DNA of 64,000 bases from Candidatus Omnitrophota bacterium (GCA_029261055.1 JAJDCA010000003.1:3641-67640), one strand, 5' to 3'. Shown: positions 26,976 through 37,960, counted from the first letter of the stretch. The notes: generated by a model from the letters alone, not told the origin. Numbers and translations are program-made.

Positions 26976-27781
26976 TTTAATTTTTCGACTAAGTCATAAG
27001 GGATTTTAATTTTTCCAACGTAGGTGTGTTTTTTTGCCGAGCCATGGGCGTCAGATCCACCTGTGATAGTGATGTTGTGTTTTTTAGCCAGACCGGCATA
27101 AAAATCAATAACATTAGGTGAAGTATTAGGATAAAGTACTTCAATTCCTCCAAGACCGGCGGCAACAAAACTGGGAATCAATTCATCTACACACGTTAGC
27201 ATGGGATGTGCAAGGACAGCTACACCACCCGCCTCTTTGATTAATTGGATGGCTTCTTGCGGTGTTTGTTTAAATTTAGGTGCAAAGGCAGGGGCATCAT
27301 CTGCTAGGTATTTGTTAAAGGCTTCTTTGAAATTAGATATCCATCCTTTTTTAAGGAGAATGGCGGCAAGATGTGGACGACCAACAGCGTCAGATTTAGC
27401 TAAGGCACAAACTTCCTCAATATTGATATTATCAACCCCAAGTGTTTTTAGTTTTGCGATCATTTCTTTCATGCGCTCAAAACGCGTACTTTGCATCTGG
27501 GTCAGTTGTTTAAGCAAAAATGGGCTTTTATAATCAAATAAATAACCAAGGATATGGACATCTTTTCCGTTAATTTCTGACGAAAGTTCAATGGCAGGAA
27601 TCACTTCAATGTCATATTTCTTTGCCGCTTCAATCGTTGGTTGGATGCCGTCTACCGTATCATGATCGGCAATAGCGATGCAATTAAGGTCGTTTTTGTA
27701 GGCATCTTCAATAACTTCTTGTGGAGACGATGTGCTATCAGAAAAATGGGTGTGAATGTGAAGATCAGCTGTTTTATTCAT
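26951..27781 (-). CDS. PHP-domain phosphoesterase (TrpH/YciV-like)
   Basis: DLHIHTHFSD, DHD, GRPH, LAHP, GGSDAHG. Confidence 0.92.
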   Translation of the reverse strand: MNKTADLHIHTHFSDSTSSPQEVIEDAYKNDLNCIAIADHDTVDGIQPTIEAAKKYDIEVIPAIELSSEINGKDVHILGYLFDYKSPFLLKQLTQMQSTRFERMKEMIAKLKTLGVDNINIEEVCALAKSDAVGRPHLAAILLKKGWISNFKEAFNKYLADDAPAFAPKFKQTPQEAIQLIKEAGGVAVLAHPMLTCVDELIPSFVAAGLGGIEVLYPNTSPNVIDFYAGLAKKHNITITGGSDAHGSAKKHTYVGKIKIPYDLVEKLKCYNTSTT

Positions 27782-28214
27782 CTTTATTTTCTGTCTTATT
27801 TGTTGATGTTAATTCAGATTTATGGATTTTATCTAAAACGCCATTAATAAATTTTCCGGAATCAACATCTCCATATTTTTTAGCTAAATCGACAGCTTCA
27901 TTAATGGTGACTTTTGGTGGAATATCAGAGGCATGTAGCAATTCAAAGACACCAATTCTTAGAACATTGCGGTCAATGACGGCCATGCGTTTGATTTGCC
28001 AGTTGGTGGCGTATTGGACGAGTTTTTCATCAATATTTGTGAGGTTTTTTTCAATGCCGGAAGTTAAACGTAGGGTAAATTCATGGACATTTTTGTCAAT
28101 AGAATCTTGCTCTTCCCAATAGGTTTTAGCCGCGGTATGAATTTCCCGGCGGGTTATTTCTGATTGGTAAAGAATTTTCAAAGCACATTCACGGCCAAGC
28201 GTTCGTTTTCTCAT
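27774..28214 (-). CDS. nusB: transcription antitermination factor NusB
   Basis: RKRTLGRECAL..LYQ, DRNVLR, INEAVDLAKKYG...FINGVLD. Confidence 0.95.
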   Translation of the reverse strand: MRKRTLGRECALKILYQSEITRREIHTAAKTYWEEQDSIDKNVHEFTLRLTSGIEKNLTNIDEKLVQYATNWQIKRMAVIDRNVLRIGVFELLHASDIPPKVTINEAVDLAKKYGDVDSGKFINGVLDKIHKSELTSTNKTENKDE

Positions 28215-28675
28215 GATGAAATATTGTTGATCAAATTGATCATATCAATGGCTGCTGTTGCGGCATCTCTTCCCTTATTGTCCCCTTTTTCCTCTGAGCG
28301 GGCATAGGCTTGATTAACGGTTTCTGTTGATAACACGCCCAGGATAATGGGTTTCTTAGTCATAAGGGATACTTGCGCAATACCGCGGGCTGATTCTTGG
28401 GCAACTAACTCAAAGTGAAAAGTTTCTCCACGAATCACACAGCCTAAGCATATGACAGCATCGATATTACGTTTCTTGGCTAAGTGAAGAGCTGCGACTG
28501 GGATTTCAAAAGCTCCTGGTACCCAAACGGTGGTAATATTTTTACCTTTGATTCCTAAAGAATTTAATTCATCCAAACATCCTTCTAAAAGCCGCTCTGT
28601 AATAAATTCATTAAATTTGGATGCAACAATAGCGATTTTCTTAATTTTGGACTTCTTTTTGGTAGGGGTTGCCAT
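28211..28675 (-). CDS. ribH: 6,7-dimethyl-8-ribityllumazine synthase
   Basis: VPGAFEIP, GCVIRGETFHFE, NKG.DAA. Confidence 0.95.
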   Translation of the reverse strand: MATPTKKKSKIKKIAIVASKFNEFITERLLEGCLDELNSLGIKGKNITTVWVPGAFEIPVAALHLAKKRNIDAVICLGCVIRGETFHFELVAQESARGIAQVSLMTKKPIILGVLSTETVNQAYARSEEKGDNKGRDAATAAIDMINLINNISS

Positions 28676-29875
28676 TTAAAGAATATGCCCTAACTTATCC
28701 TTTTTTGTTTTTAGATAATCCTTATTGACGGAGTTATGTGGAATTTTTAGAGGGACACGTTCACTAACCGTTAATCCATATCCTTCGAGGCCAACAATTT
28801 TTCTGGGATTATTGGTTAAAAGTTTGATATTTTTAACGCCTGTTTCTACAAGAATTTGGGCCCCTAAGCCATAATGGCGTAGATCCGGTGAAAACCCTAA
28901 AGCTTTGTTAGCTTCGACAGTATCCAGTCCTTCATCTTGGAGGTTATAAGCTTTGAGCTTATTGATAAGCCCAATTCCCCGGCCTTCTTGACGCATGTAG
29001 ACGAGAACACCACTTTCGCTTTTACCAATAGCTTTTAATGAGTTTTCCAATTGAGCATTGCAGTCACATCTTTGCGAATGAAAAACATCCCCAGTGAGAC
29101 ATTCCGATTGAACGCGAACTAGAGTTGGTTGTTCAGGATCAATTTTTCCTTTGACGAGGACAATATGCTCGAGATTATCAATAAGTGAACGATAGGCAAT
29201 CATGTTAAATTCACCATACTCAGTTGGCAAACGTGTCTCGACAACTCGTTCAATCAATTTTTCGTAAGTGCGTTTATATTCAATAAGACTATCAATTGTA
29301 CAAATTTTTAGATTTTGTTTTTTTGCGAAGATTTTTAAATCATCTGTTCTAGCCATGGTCCCGTCTTCGTTCATAATTTCACAAATAACACCGGCAGGAA
29401 AAAGTCCTGCGAGTCTAGTGAGATCTACAGAAGCTTCTGTGTGACCAGCGCGAACAAGAACACCACCCTTCATAGCGCGAAGAGGAAATAAATGTCCAGG
29501 GGTTATAAGGTCAGCTAGTTTGGCTTTAGGATCAATAAGAGTTTTAACGGTTTGGGAGCGGTCGGACGCAGAAATTCCAGTGGTAACGCCTTTTGCCGCA
29601 TCAACAGAAATGGCCCATCCGGTATCACATTTTTGATGTTTGCTGGGAAAATTAACTTTCATTGGGTGAAGATCCAGGGCATCAAGTCTGCCTTCTTCCA
29701 TTGGGACGCAGATCAAACCACGAGCTTCTTTGGCCATAAAATTTATTATTTCCGGGGTAATAAATTCGGCTGCACATAATAAATCACCTTCATTTTCGCG
29801 ACCTTCATCATCCATAACAATGACCATTTTTCCCTGCTTTAAATCTTCTAAAATTTCTTCAATTTTGTTAAACAT
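28676..29875 (-). CDS. ribBA: bifunctional DHBP synthase / GTP cyclohydrolase II
   Basis: [44 protein letters not shown]. Confidence 0.96.
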   Translation of the reverse strand: MFNKIEEILEDLKQGKMVIVMDDEGRENEGDLLCAAEFITPEIINFMAKEARGLICVPMEEGRLDALDLHPMKVNFPSKHQKCDTGWAISVDAAKGVTTGISASDRSQTVKTLIDPKAKLADLITPGHLFPLRAMKGGVLVRAGHTEASVDLTRLAGLFPAGVICEIMNEDGTMARTDDLKIFAKKQNLKICTIDSLIEYKRTYEKLIERVVETRLPTEYGEFNMIAYRSLIDNLEHIVLVKGKIDPEQPTLVRVQSECLTGDVFHSQRCDCNAQLENSLKAIGKSESGVLVYMRQEGRGIGLINKLKAYNLQDEGLDTVEANKALGFSPDLRHYGLGAQILVETGVKNIKLLTNNPRKIVGLEGYGLTVSERVPLKIPHNSVNKDYLKTKKDKLGHIL

Positions 29876-29970
29876 AAAATACCTTTTTTTGATGATAAGT
29901 TATTGTTTTTTAAATAATTTCCGGTTAATATATGCAAAAAGTAATGGATTGTCAAGGAGGGATTATATTG

Positions 29971-30438
29971 ATGAAAATTGAAGAAAAAATTGCACAAGCT
30001 TTGGTTGTTCAGAAAAAAACACTTGGGGTTGCAGAGTCATGCACAGGAGGACTTCTCTCCCATCGGCTTACCAATATTCCTGGGTGTTCAGACTTTCTTA
30101 AATTAGGGGTGGTGGCGTATAGCAACGAAGCCAAAATTAAATGCCTTAAAGTTTCGCAAGAGGATCTTAAAAAACATGGATCCGTTAGTGAGGAAGTTGC
30201 CATGGCTATGGCCAGTGGTGTACGGCAATTAGCCAAAACTGGGTTTGGTATTGGAATTACTGGTATCGCCGGCCCTACAGGCGGGACTAAAAAAAAGTCA
30301 GTGGGATTAGTCTACATTGCCGTAAATACTAAGGATGAGACTCTTTGTCTAAAATGTCAATTTGAAGGCACGCGATCTAGTATTAAATCGCAATCCAGCA
30401 CGCAGGCATTATATTTACTTTTAGAATTTTTATTATAA
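29971..30438 (+). CDS. CinA C-terminal domain / NMN deamidase (PncC)
   Basis: AESCTGG, YSNEAK, GSVSEEVA..MA.G, ITGIAGPTGG. Start 29971 after SD AGGAGG. Confidence 0.9.
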   Translation: MKIEEKIAQALVVQKKTLGVAESCTGGLLSHRLTNIPGCSDFLKLGVVAYSNEAKIKCLKVSQEDLKKHGSVSEEVAMAMASGVRQLAKTGFGIGITGIAGPTGGTKKKSVGLVYIAVNTKDETLCLKCQFEGTRSSIKSQSSTQALYLLLEFLL

Positions 30439-30449
30439 TTTAAAAAATT

Positions 30450-31208
30450 ATGTCCAAACATCCCGTATCTTTTCAAAATCATGAAATCAATTTTAAAATT
30501 ATTGCCTTTGCAATGGTTTGTTTTGTTTTATGTTTAACGATATTTTTATTTTTACAGGGATATATTTTTCATTTTTCAATTGCAACCTTTATACTTAAAT
30601 TCAAACAAAGTTTATATTATCCTCATTACAATCAAATTCCGTTTGGGACGGTTAACGATGTAAATATTCAATATGTATTTATGTGTTTTGTATTTTCAAC
30701 AATTCTTATTTCAGGCATTATTTTAAAAGTTTTTAGCCATTTCAAACCAAGAAAATTTAACATTTCCTTTGCGCCTATTATGGCAAGCATCGGGATTATA
30801 AGTCTTGTCTTCCTTGCCGGTGTTCAGCAAATAAGACGAACAGAACATCTTACGTATAAAAAGAAAATGTTTGATGATAAAACAGATGCTGAAAAAAATA
30901 AGATGATTTTTGGTTCAAAATATGAATTTGCGAGGATTTCACAAAAATTCTTTTTACGATCACATCAGGGGAAATTACTAACCGATCTTGATGTTGGAAA
31001 GAGTCCGAGCATGTTTTACCATAGGGTATTGTCGTATTATTTATATCCTAAAGTTTCTGTACGCATTAAGAATAACTATCCGGAAGATGTCCTTATTCTA
31101 TTTTTTAAGAAAAATGCATTAGAAAGTATTCCCGACAATTATCAGATTTTATTTAAGAGTGAAAATAATAATTATATTTTAGCGGCTAAGAACTCAATCC
31201 AGAGATAA
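30450..31208 (+). CDS. membrane hypothetical protein
   Basis: Three TM segments, then a soluble domain (YYLYP motif). Confidence 0.6.
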   Translation: MSKHPVSFQNHEINFKIIAFAMVCFVLCLTIFLFLQGYIFHFSIATFILKFKQSLYYPHYNQIPFGTVNDVNIQYVFMCFVFSTILISGIILKVFSHFKPRKFNISFAPIMASIGIISLVFLAGVQQIRRTEHLTYKKKMFDDKTDAEKNKMIFGSKYEFARISQKFFLRSHQGKLLTDLDVGKSPSMFYHRVLSYYLYPKVSVRIKNNYPEDVLILFFKKNALESIPDNYQILFKSENNNYILAAKNSIQR

Positions 31209-31222
31209 GCAATTGTCCTAAC

Positions 31223-32629
31223 ATGTTAGAATTTAAATTAATCACAAGTTTACTTATTCCGTTGGCCATTGGATATGCGGTTATTTTATTCATATCGCGA
31301 AATCAAATAATGCCGATATTCTTACGACTAGCCCTTTCTTATGGCATGGGGATGGGGATATTAGCTTTTTGGATGATGCTATTAGGGATGTTTGGGCAAA
31401 CTTTTAATCTATGGACCGTAGGAGGCCCTCTTTTAGGAATAGCACTGATTTTAGTTTTATTTTTATTTATTTCTCAAAAAAATGAAATGAAATATGATGA
31501 CGATATAACGTATTTAAATGAAATATCTTCATCAAGGAATGAATCTTTAATGTCTAAAGGTTTGAAATGGTTATTTTTATTTGTCATGATTATGTATATT
31601 TTTCACAATATTTTTTATGTTTTTTGGCATGCAATGAATGTTCCCATATCGACCTGGGATGCCATAGCAACGGTTGCCTTCAAAGCTAAAATTTTTTATT
31701 ATGAAAAATCTTTGCCTCCACTTAATTTTCTACCCCATAAAACCTACCCTCTTCTTGTTCCGTTACTCCAAACATGGGTTACTCTAAATTTAGAACAATG
31801 GAGTGATCAGTTGATTAAAATTATATTTCCGTGTGCATTTTTATCGTACCTATGTATTCAATATTATTTTTTGCGATTTTTCACCAATAAAGTGTGGGCT
31901 ATTTTAGGCTGCACGATTCTTCTCTCTTCTAATTTTTTTATTTATCATGCGACGATTTCATACCGAGACTTTTTTTTAATGTATTATAATTGCAGCACAA
32001 TTATGTTTTTACTTCTTTGGAGCGCCCATAAAGAAAAGAGTTTTTATTTGCTGATGGCTTCCTTCTTTGCTGGTTTTGCATCAATAACGAAATTAGAAGG
32101 AACAGCCTTTATGATGATTTATTTTTTTCTATTTTTACTTATTAATTTTTATTTTAAGGGTTCTTATGTCAAAAATAGATGGATAAATATGATAAGATTT
32201 ATTGTTCCTGTCATTACGATTTGGATTCCCTTCCATATATTTAAACTAGTCACGGGAGTTGTGAATAGTGATAAAACACAATTAGAGTTTTCTGTAGAAA
32301 AAATTTTATTGATTCCGCAAATTATATTAGGCTTTGCAAATAATTTATTTCTTTCAGGTAATTGGAATATTGTGTGGTGGGTAATGCTGATCAGTTTAAT
32401 TCATTGGGGACGGAAAAGAAAAAATATTGAAGTAAAATTAATTTCTTTGAGTATTATATTATTTTTTGCACTTTATGCCGCTGTCGCCTTGATGACGGCA
32501 AACTATACATGGATTGCCGGTGAAAATCGGATAACAGGTTTGTCTCGTCTTATTCTACATTTTTATCCTCTCTCTGTTCTTTTGATTGTTTTATTAAATT
32601 ATCCAGAACGCCCTAAATCAGTTGATTAA
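31223..32629 (+). CDS. polytopic membrane glycosyltransferase (GT-C/PMT-like)
   Basis: >10 TM segments, WDA...KAK and YP.LVP, TK.EG motifs. Confidence 0.65.
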   Translation: MLEFKLITSLLIPLAIGYAVILFISRNQIMPIFLRLALSYGMGMGILAFWMMLLGMFGQTFNLWTVGGPLLGIALILVLFLFISQKNEMKYDDDITYLNEISSSRNESLMSKGLKWLFLFVMIMYIFHNIFYVFWHAMNVPISTWDAIATVAFKAKIFYYEKSLPPLNFLPHKTYPLLVPLLQTWVTLNLEQWSDQLIKIIFPCAFLSYLCIQYYFLRFFTNKVWAILGCTILLSSNFFIYHATISYRDFFLMYYNCSTIMFLLLWSAHKEKSFYLLMASFFAGFASITKLEGTAFMMIYFFLFLLINFYFKGSYVKNRWINMIRFIVPVITIWIPFHIFKLVTGVVNSDKTQLEFSVEKILLIPQIILGFANNLFLSGNWNIVWWVMLISLIHWGRKRKNIEVKLISLSIILFFALYAAVALMTANYTWIAGENRITGLSRLILHFYPLSVLLIVLLNYPERPKSVD

Positions 32630-33405
32630 ATTTTTTGTATTTCAATGGTGAAGAACATACCAAGCCATCGATGAAACGGGGATAATATAAGCTCGATGGC
32701 TTTGATTAAGGGGTAGGAAAATGACGGCACTAATTGTTTCATTGAGACCCCACCACTTAATAGATAACGAAATGGGGTGTGGTATTTGATTTTTGAGATT
32801 TTGAGAGATTCAAATTGGGCCTCAAGTTTTTCTTTGTCTCGACAAAAAATAATCCAGGGTAATGCTCCATTGGCTGATGAAAGTGGTCCATCCCCTTTTA
32901 TTTCCCATCCACCGGATGGATCAAAGTTTTCATGATGAAAGTTTTGGTAAATGAACCTTCCCCAGAGCGTATTGGCTGGTTCGAGCATTACAATTTTTCC
33001 ACCAGGTTTTAGACATCTAGATATTTCTTTTAAGATGGGAACGGGGTGTTTAAAGTGATGAAAAACATCCAGCATGAAAAAGGCATCAATAGAGCTATCC
33101 TTAAAAGGGATATGTTCTGCTGAAAAACATAAATCTGTATTGTGAAGAGGAAGTATGTCGGATGTCATTATTTGAGGGATAACTTTCTTTACAAACCCTC
33201 CCCCACTTCCCAACTCAACAAAAGTACCTTGAGGGTTTAAATAGAAGGATTTTTTAAATTGATTATAAAAATCAAGGTATAGTTTTTTTAGAAAAGGTTT
33301 TTGTTCAATTATTTTTTTGTGTAACTCTGTTGTGGAAGGATGATCGAGGTTTTCAATATTTTTTGTTTCAGGCAGTTTTAACCATTCTAAGATTTTTTGA
33401 AGCAT
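32626..33405 (-). CDS. class I SAM-dependent methyltransferase
   Basis: VELGSGGG, LDVFHH, LKPGG. Confidence 0.88.
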   Translation of the reverse strand: MLQKILEWLKLPETKNIENLDHPSTTELHKKIIEQKPFLKKLYLDFYNQFKKSFYLNPQGTFVELGSGGGFVKKVIPQIMTSDILPLHNTDLCFSAEHIPFKDSSIDAFFMLDVFHHFKHPVPILKEISRCLKPGGKIVMLEPANTLWGRFIYQNFHHENFDPSGGWEIKGDGPLSSANGALPWIIFCRDKEKLEAQFESLKISKIKYHTPFRYLLSGGVSMKQLVPSFSYPLIKAIELILSPFHRWLGMFFTIEIQKI

Positions 33406-33424
33406 ATTTTTAGGAAGGATAATT

Positions 33425-34837
33425 TTAAATAAACTTTATTTTTCGCATAGCAAATACGGTCATTTTTAATAAAAGCCAGCCGTGGCGAAAGCGGCTGATT
33501 TGAGTAGACCCGTATGTTCTTGCGAGATAATGGACTGGAATTTCGACAATCTTGAGGTTGAGTTTAGCAGCGCCAAATAACAAGTCAAAATCTCCAAAAG
33601 GATCAAAATCTCCAAAATATTTACGCCCTTCGGTAATTTTTGTATAATCTTCACGCCATAAAACTTTTGTTCCACAAAGAGTATCTTTTAAATATTGTCC
33701 AAGAAGATACGTCAGAATGATGCTAAAGGTTTTGTTTGCCACGGTATTAAGAAATCGCATAGCCTGTTTTTCCATGTTGTAAACCAGACGGCTACCGTTG
33801 ATAAACTCTCCTTTTCCGGAAACAATGGCATTAAAGAAATCAGGTAAGCTTTCTGGTGGAACGGTGAGATCCGCATCCAATATCATAAGGACATCACCTC
33901 GTGCGGCAGAAAATCCTTCTCGTACGGCATCTCCTTTACCCTTTCCTTTTTGAACAAAGACATGGATATTTTTATCAGGATACGCATTTTTGACACGTTC
34001 ACATTCTTCACGAGTGCCGTCTTTTGAATGCCCTTCCACGAAGATAATCTCTGTATTTGTGCCCATTTTAGGCGTACGGAGAACGGCTTGTTCAATGTTA
34101 CCTTTTTCATTACGGCAAGGAACAATGACAGAACAGCTCACGTGTTCAGGGTTTTTTCTTTGTGTTGAAGGCTGGAATAGAAGAATATGGTGAAGAGCAA
34201 ATTTTCGAAAAAATGGCAAATAAACGATATATTTATTAAAAAAAGTAGAAAGCACCGGGATATTCAAGGGTAAAAGGATTTGTTGTTTTTGTGCAATAAT
34301 ATTGAATCCGGATACATATAAAAGATTTTTAAGATCGTTTGTGGAAAGCCAATGCTGTTTAGGCCATTTCATGCGTAGTTTCAGGAGTTCTGCGAGTTTG
34401 AGAATGGGTCTCCAGAGATATGTATGGTAAATGAGGATGATTTTTGTGTCTGGTCGGCATACTTTTTTTAATTCTGTAAACGCCTTTTGAAGATTATCAC
34501 AGTATCCAATCACATCGTGAATAATGACATAGTCAAAGGTTTCAAAAATGTTTAAGTTTTCTAAATCTCCAATTTGAAATTTGATATCCGGAGAGGTTTT
34601 TTGTGCTACCTCAATCATGTTTGGGCTAGAATCGATCCCAAGCCCATAACGGGGTTTTAAAGAGGTTATCAGTTCTCCTGTAAGGCACCCAATTTCCAGG
34701 ACAGAAGAATTATCAGGGATATGAAATTTGATATATTTTTCGGTTGTCCGATGATAATAGGAGGCTTTTTTTCGCCATTTTAATCTGAGGCTGGCAATAG
34801 AATCTGCAAAATTTTTTCTATTCTCTTTTGGTTGCAT
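33425..34837 (-). CDS. methyltransferase-like + GT2 glycosyltransferase fusion
   Basis: VLEIGC..G, SVIVPCRNE, ILDADL, DTLCGTK, FGDFDLL. Confidence 0.88.
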   Translation of the reverse strand: MQPKENRKNFADSIASLRLKWRKKASYYHRTTEKYIKFHIPDNSSVLEIGCLTGELITSLKPRYGLGIDSSPNMIEVAQKTSPDIKFQIGDLENLNIFETFDYVIIHDVIGYCDNLQKAFTELKKVCRPDTKIILIYHTYLWRPILKLAELLKLRMKWPKQHWLSTNDLKNLLYVSGFNIIAQKQQILLPLNIPVLSTFFNKYIVYLPFFRKFALHHILLFQPSTQRKNPEHVSCSVIVPCRNEKGNIEQAVLRTPKMGTNTEIIFVEGHSKDGTREECERVKNAYPDKNIHVFVQKGKGKGDAVREGFSAARGDVLMILDADLTVPPESLPDFFNAIVSGKGEFINGSRLVYNMEKQAMRFLNTVANKTFSIILTYLLGQYLKDTLCGTKVLWREDYTKITEGRKYFGDFDPFGDFDLLFGAAKLNLKIVEIPVHYLARTYGSTQISRFRHGWLLLKMTVFAMRKIKFI

Positions 34838-34848
34838 TAGAAATTTCT

Positions 34849-35631
34849 TTAGCGTCGACTATTCAGTTTGGCTAATAATCGAAGGATTTCAATGTAAAGC
34901 CAGACAAGTGTGACCATAAGGCCGAAGGCCGCATACCATTCCATATATTTGGGGAGTCCCATTTCAGATCCGTGCTCAATAAAGTCAAAGTCTAAAACAA
35001 GATTTAAGGCTGCAATAGTTACGACCACCAGACTAAAGCCGATACCGATCGGTCCGCTTGAGTGAATCATGGGGATGGATGCGCCAAAGAATCCCATGAT
35101 CATACTGACAAAATAAATTACACAAATAGCGCCTGTTGCAGCCACAACGCCCAGCTTAAAATTTTCCGTCGCTTTAATCAGTCCGGACTTGTAGGCAGCG
35201 AGAAGGCAAAATAATGTGCCGAATGTTAGAGATACAGCTTGGATAACGATGCCTGGAAATTTAATTTCAAAGATTGCAGATATGCCACCGATAAAGCATC
35301 CTTCACAAAGAGCGTAAATCGGAGCGGTTATCGGAGCCCATTCTTTTTTAAAGATAGTGATCAGAGCCATGATAGCCCCTGCAATGACGCCAAACCATAA
35401 AAATGGCATAACAGCTCCAGCAGATCTTGAAACTGTGCCGGGGAATCCTTCTAATGTTGTCATGGGTTGCATAACTTTGCTCCACACCCAGGAGGCTGTA
35501 ATCAATAAAAGAAAGAGCAAAATAAAAGATTTGTTCACGGTTCCCTGGAGCGACATGCTCCCCCCTACTCCGCAACTACGGGCTTGTTCAAATGCTTTGG
35601 CATTTAAGGCCGGGTTAGCTGTTCTCATCAT
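34849..35631 (-). CDS. Bax inhibitor-1/YccA-family membrane protein
   Basis: MRTANPAL, LVLDFD.IE, EWYAAFGLMVTLVWLYIEILRLL. Confidence 0.9.
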   Translation of the reverse strand: MMRTANPALNAKAFEQARSCGVGGSMSLQGTVNKSFILLFLLLITASWVWSKVMQPMTTLEGFPGTVSRSAGAVMPFLWFGVIAGAIMALITIFKKEWAPITAPIYALCEGCFIGGISAIFEIKFPGIVIQAVSLTFGTLFCLLAAYKSGLIKATENFKLGVVAATGAICVIYFVSMIMGFFGASIPMIHSSGPIGIGFSLVVVTIAALNLVLDFDFIEHGSEMGLPKYMEWYAAFGLMVTLVWLYIEILRLLAKLNSRR

Positions 35632-35647
35632 AATTTTTTCTCCTATT

Positions 35648-36115
35648 TTAAATTATTCCTGCCCAACGAATAGCAATGTGCATAACGATATTGGTGTATA
35701 AACCGGCGACGAGGTCATCGGCCATAATACCCATAGCACCACCCTGGGCTTCCAGTTTATTGGCTGGATAAATTTTAAACATATCAAAGGCTCGCCATAA
35801 AAAGAATGTTGTGACAACAACAGCCGGCGTAATCGGTAAGGCCCAGAAGGCAATACAAACACCGGCCACTTCGTCAATGGTGACACATCCAGGATCTTTT
35901 TTCTTTTCAATTTCTTCCATTCTCCCACACACCATAAATCCGATAGCGGTTGTAACAATAAAAAATAAGATATACAAAATAGGATGATCACGCAAGCCCA
36001 GACAAATAAGCGCTGCTACGATACTCGTTGTGGTTCCAGGGGCTATAGGGAAATAGCCATTGTAGAAAAATGTAGAAAGCAATTTAACGTGTTTGTCGGA
36101 AAGTGTTCCAGACAT
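35648..36115 (-). CDS. pgpA: phosphatidylglycerophosphatase A
   Basis: APGT, DPG..IDEVAG, RAFD..K, MADDLVAG. Confidence 0.92.
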   Translation of the reverse strand: MSGTLSDKHVKLLSTFFYNGYFPIAPGTTTSIVAALICLGLRDHPILYILFFIVTTAIGFMVCGRMEEIEKKKDPGCVTIDEVAGVCIAFWALPITPAVVVTTFFLWRAFDMFKIYPANKLEAQGGAMGIMADDLVAGLYTNIVMHIAIRWAGII

Positions 36116-36653
36116 AAGTTCCTCCTGAAATGAGTGTTAATCCAACGGCGAAGAGCATGATTGTATAAATGCCGTAGGATAACCCGCCCATAAGTTTGGC
36201 AAGCCAATGACCGGGCAGTTGAGATTCGCTTAAAATAATGTAAGTAAGAATTATGCCGATGGCTGCAATTTGGAGTACAGTTTTATATTTGCCAAGCTTT
36301 TCCGCCGCTAATACACTCCCTTTTTTCATCGCGATGAATCGCCAGATGGTAATGCCTACCTCTCTGATAAAAATAATCCAAAACATCCATGCTGCAATAA
36401 TATGCATTTGCATAAAAAGAAAAAAAGCAGACAACATTAAAAATTTATCAGCAATTGGATCCATGATTTTTCCAAAACATGTAATTAAGTTATGTTTTCT
36501 GGCGTAGTAGCCATCATAAAAATCTGTTAATGAAGCGAGAACAAAAATTAAGCTTGCATAAGCTTTAGCCCCTATGCCTTCTTGTCCCATCAAATAGATG
36601 AAGAGGAATGTCAAAAAAATACGTATCACTGTTAGGGTATTTGGCAGGTTCAT
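36084..36653 (-). CDS. pgsA: CDP-diacylglycerol--glycerol-3-phosphate 3-phosphatidyltransferase
   Basis: MNLPNTLT..R, DFYDGYYAR...FGK.MDP.ADK, GKYKT. Confidence 0.94.
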   Translation of the reverse strand: MNLPNTLTVIRIFLTFLFIYLMGQEGIGAKAYASLIFVLASLTDFYDGYYARKHNLITCFGKIMDPIADKFLMLSAFFLFMQMHIIAAWMFWIIFIREVGITIWRFIAMKKGSVLAAEKLGKYKTVLQIAAIGIILTYIILSESQLPGHWLAKLMGGLSYGIYTIMLFAVGLTLISGGTYVWNTFRQTR

Positions 36654-37960
36654 ATTGTTCCAATTAAATCATATTCTAAGGTGTCTTTAATCGTCACTGT
36701 TGCAAAATCACCAATGGTTAAAGGTTTGGGTGTGGTAATAAATACCGTACCATCAACGTCAGGAGCATCAAATTCTGTTCGACCCAAGTACCTATTCTCT
36801 TCATTTTTATCTTTTTCGTCAATTAAAACTTTTAGAGTTTGGCCGATATAGCGTTCCTGGATGGATTGTGAAATGGATTGTTGAATTTGCATTAATTGAT
36901 GGTACCGCTCTTGTTTAATTTCTTCAGGAACTTGGTCAGGCATATCAAAAGCCGAAGTTCCTTCTTCCGGTGAATAGGTGAATACGCCTAACTTTTCAAA
37001 TCGCATGTTTTGGACAAATTGGCAAAGTTCATCAAAATGTTTATCTGTTTCACCGGGTAATCCTACAATAAAGGTCGTGCGGATGCTTGCGTTTCGGACT
37101 TTTTGACGTATTTTTTGAATGAGTTCAATCGTTTGTTGTGTGGTGATACCACGGTTCATATTTTTTAATATGGGATCGCTGATGTGTTGTAAAGGCACAT
37201 CAATGTATTTACAAAGCTTTTCTTCTTTGGCGATGACATCAATAAGTTTATCGGTGATATGTGCCGGATAGGCGTATAACAAACGAATCCATTGGATGTT
37301 TTTTGTAATCTTCACCATTTCTTGGAGTAATTTGGCAAGATGCTTTTCGTGGAAAAGGTCCATACCGTAGGCGGTGATATCCTGCCCGACAATATTGACT
37401 TCTTTTACACCACGGGCATCACATTGGCGAATTTCTTCTAAAACAGACGCAACCGTACGGGAAATAAATTTACCTTTAATTTGTGGAATAATACAGAAGT
37501 TGCATCGATTGTAGCAGCTTTCACAAATTTTGACATACGCCATATGTGTTGGTGTTAAAGCAACTTGTGCCGGTATCTTTTCTTGCTCAAGATGTTCAAT
37601 CCCTCCAAGGGCATCAATTTCGGGGAATTCTTCAGCCAAAGTTTTGCTGTAACGTTGGGCAAGGCACCCGGCAACGACAATTTTTTTTATCTTCCCCTCT
37701 TTTTTAAGTTTGATCAGGTCTAAAATAGTATCAATCGATTCTTGCTTAGCCTCCTCAATAAATCCGCATGTATTGACCACCGCAATGTCCGCCTCATCCG
37801 CATTAACTATTTTGACACCCTTTCCCTTCAGCCGTCCCAAAATAACTTGTGAATCCACCAAATTTCGGGCACACCCAAGATTAATAATGCCAACAGTTTT
37901 TTCTTGAGATATGCGTTCTTTATAAAATTGTTTGAGGGATTTCGGGGAAGGCATAGACAT
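36650..37960 (-). CDS. rimO: ribosomal protein S12 methylthiotransferase
   Basis: LGC.RNLVDS, NTCGFIEEAKQESI, CYNRCNFC, TRAM domain with APDVDG; rodZ-rimO-pgsA context. Confidence 0.93.
   Translation of the reverse strand: MSMPSPKSLKQFYKERISQEKTVGIINLGCARNLVDSQVILGRLKGKGVKIVNADEADIAVVNTCGFIEEAKQESIDTILDLIKLKKEGKIKKIVVAGCLAQRYSKTLAEEFPEIDALGGIEHLEQEKIPAQVALTPTHMAYVKICESCYNRCNFCIIPQIKGKFISRTVASVLEEIRQCDARGVKEVNIVGQDITAYGMDLFHEKHLAKLLQEMVKITKNIQWIRLLYAYPAHITDKLIDVIAKEEKLCKYIDVPLQHISDPILKNMNRGITTQQTIELIQKIRQKVRNASIRTTFIVGLPGETDKHFDELCQFVQNMRFEKLGVFTYSPEEGTSAFDMPDQVPEEIKQERYHQLMQIQQSISQSIQERYIGQTLKVLIDEKDKNEENRYLGRTEFDAPDVDGTVFITTPKPLTIGDFATVTIKDTLEYDLIGTI

Noticed and set aside
29876-29970. FMN riboswitch upstream of ribBA
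   Set aside because: The intergenic region is under 100 nt, AT-rich, and has no RFN consensus.
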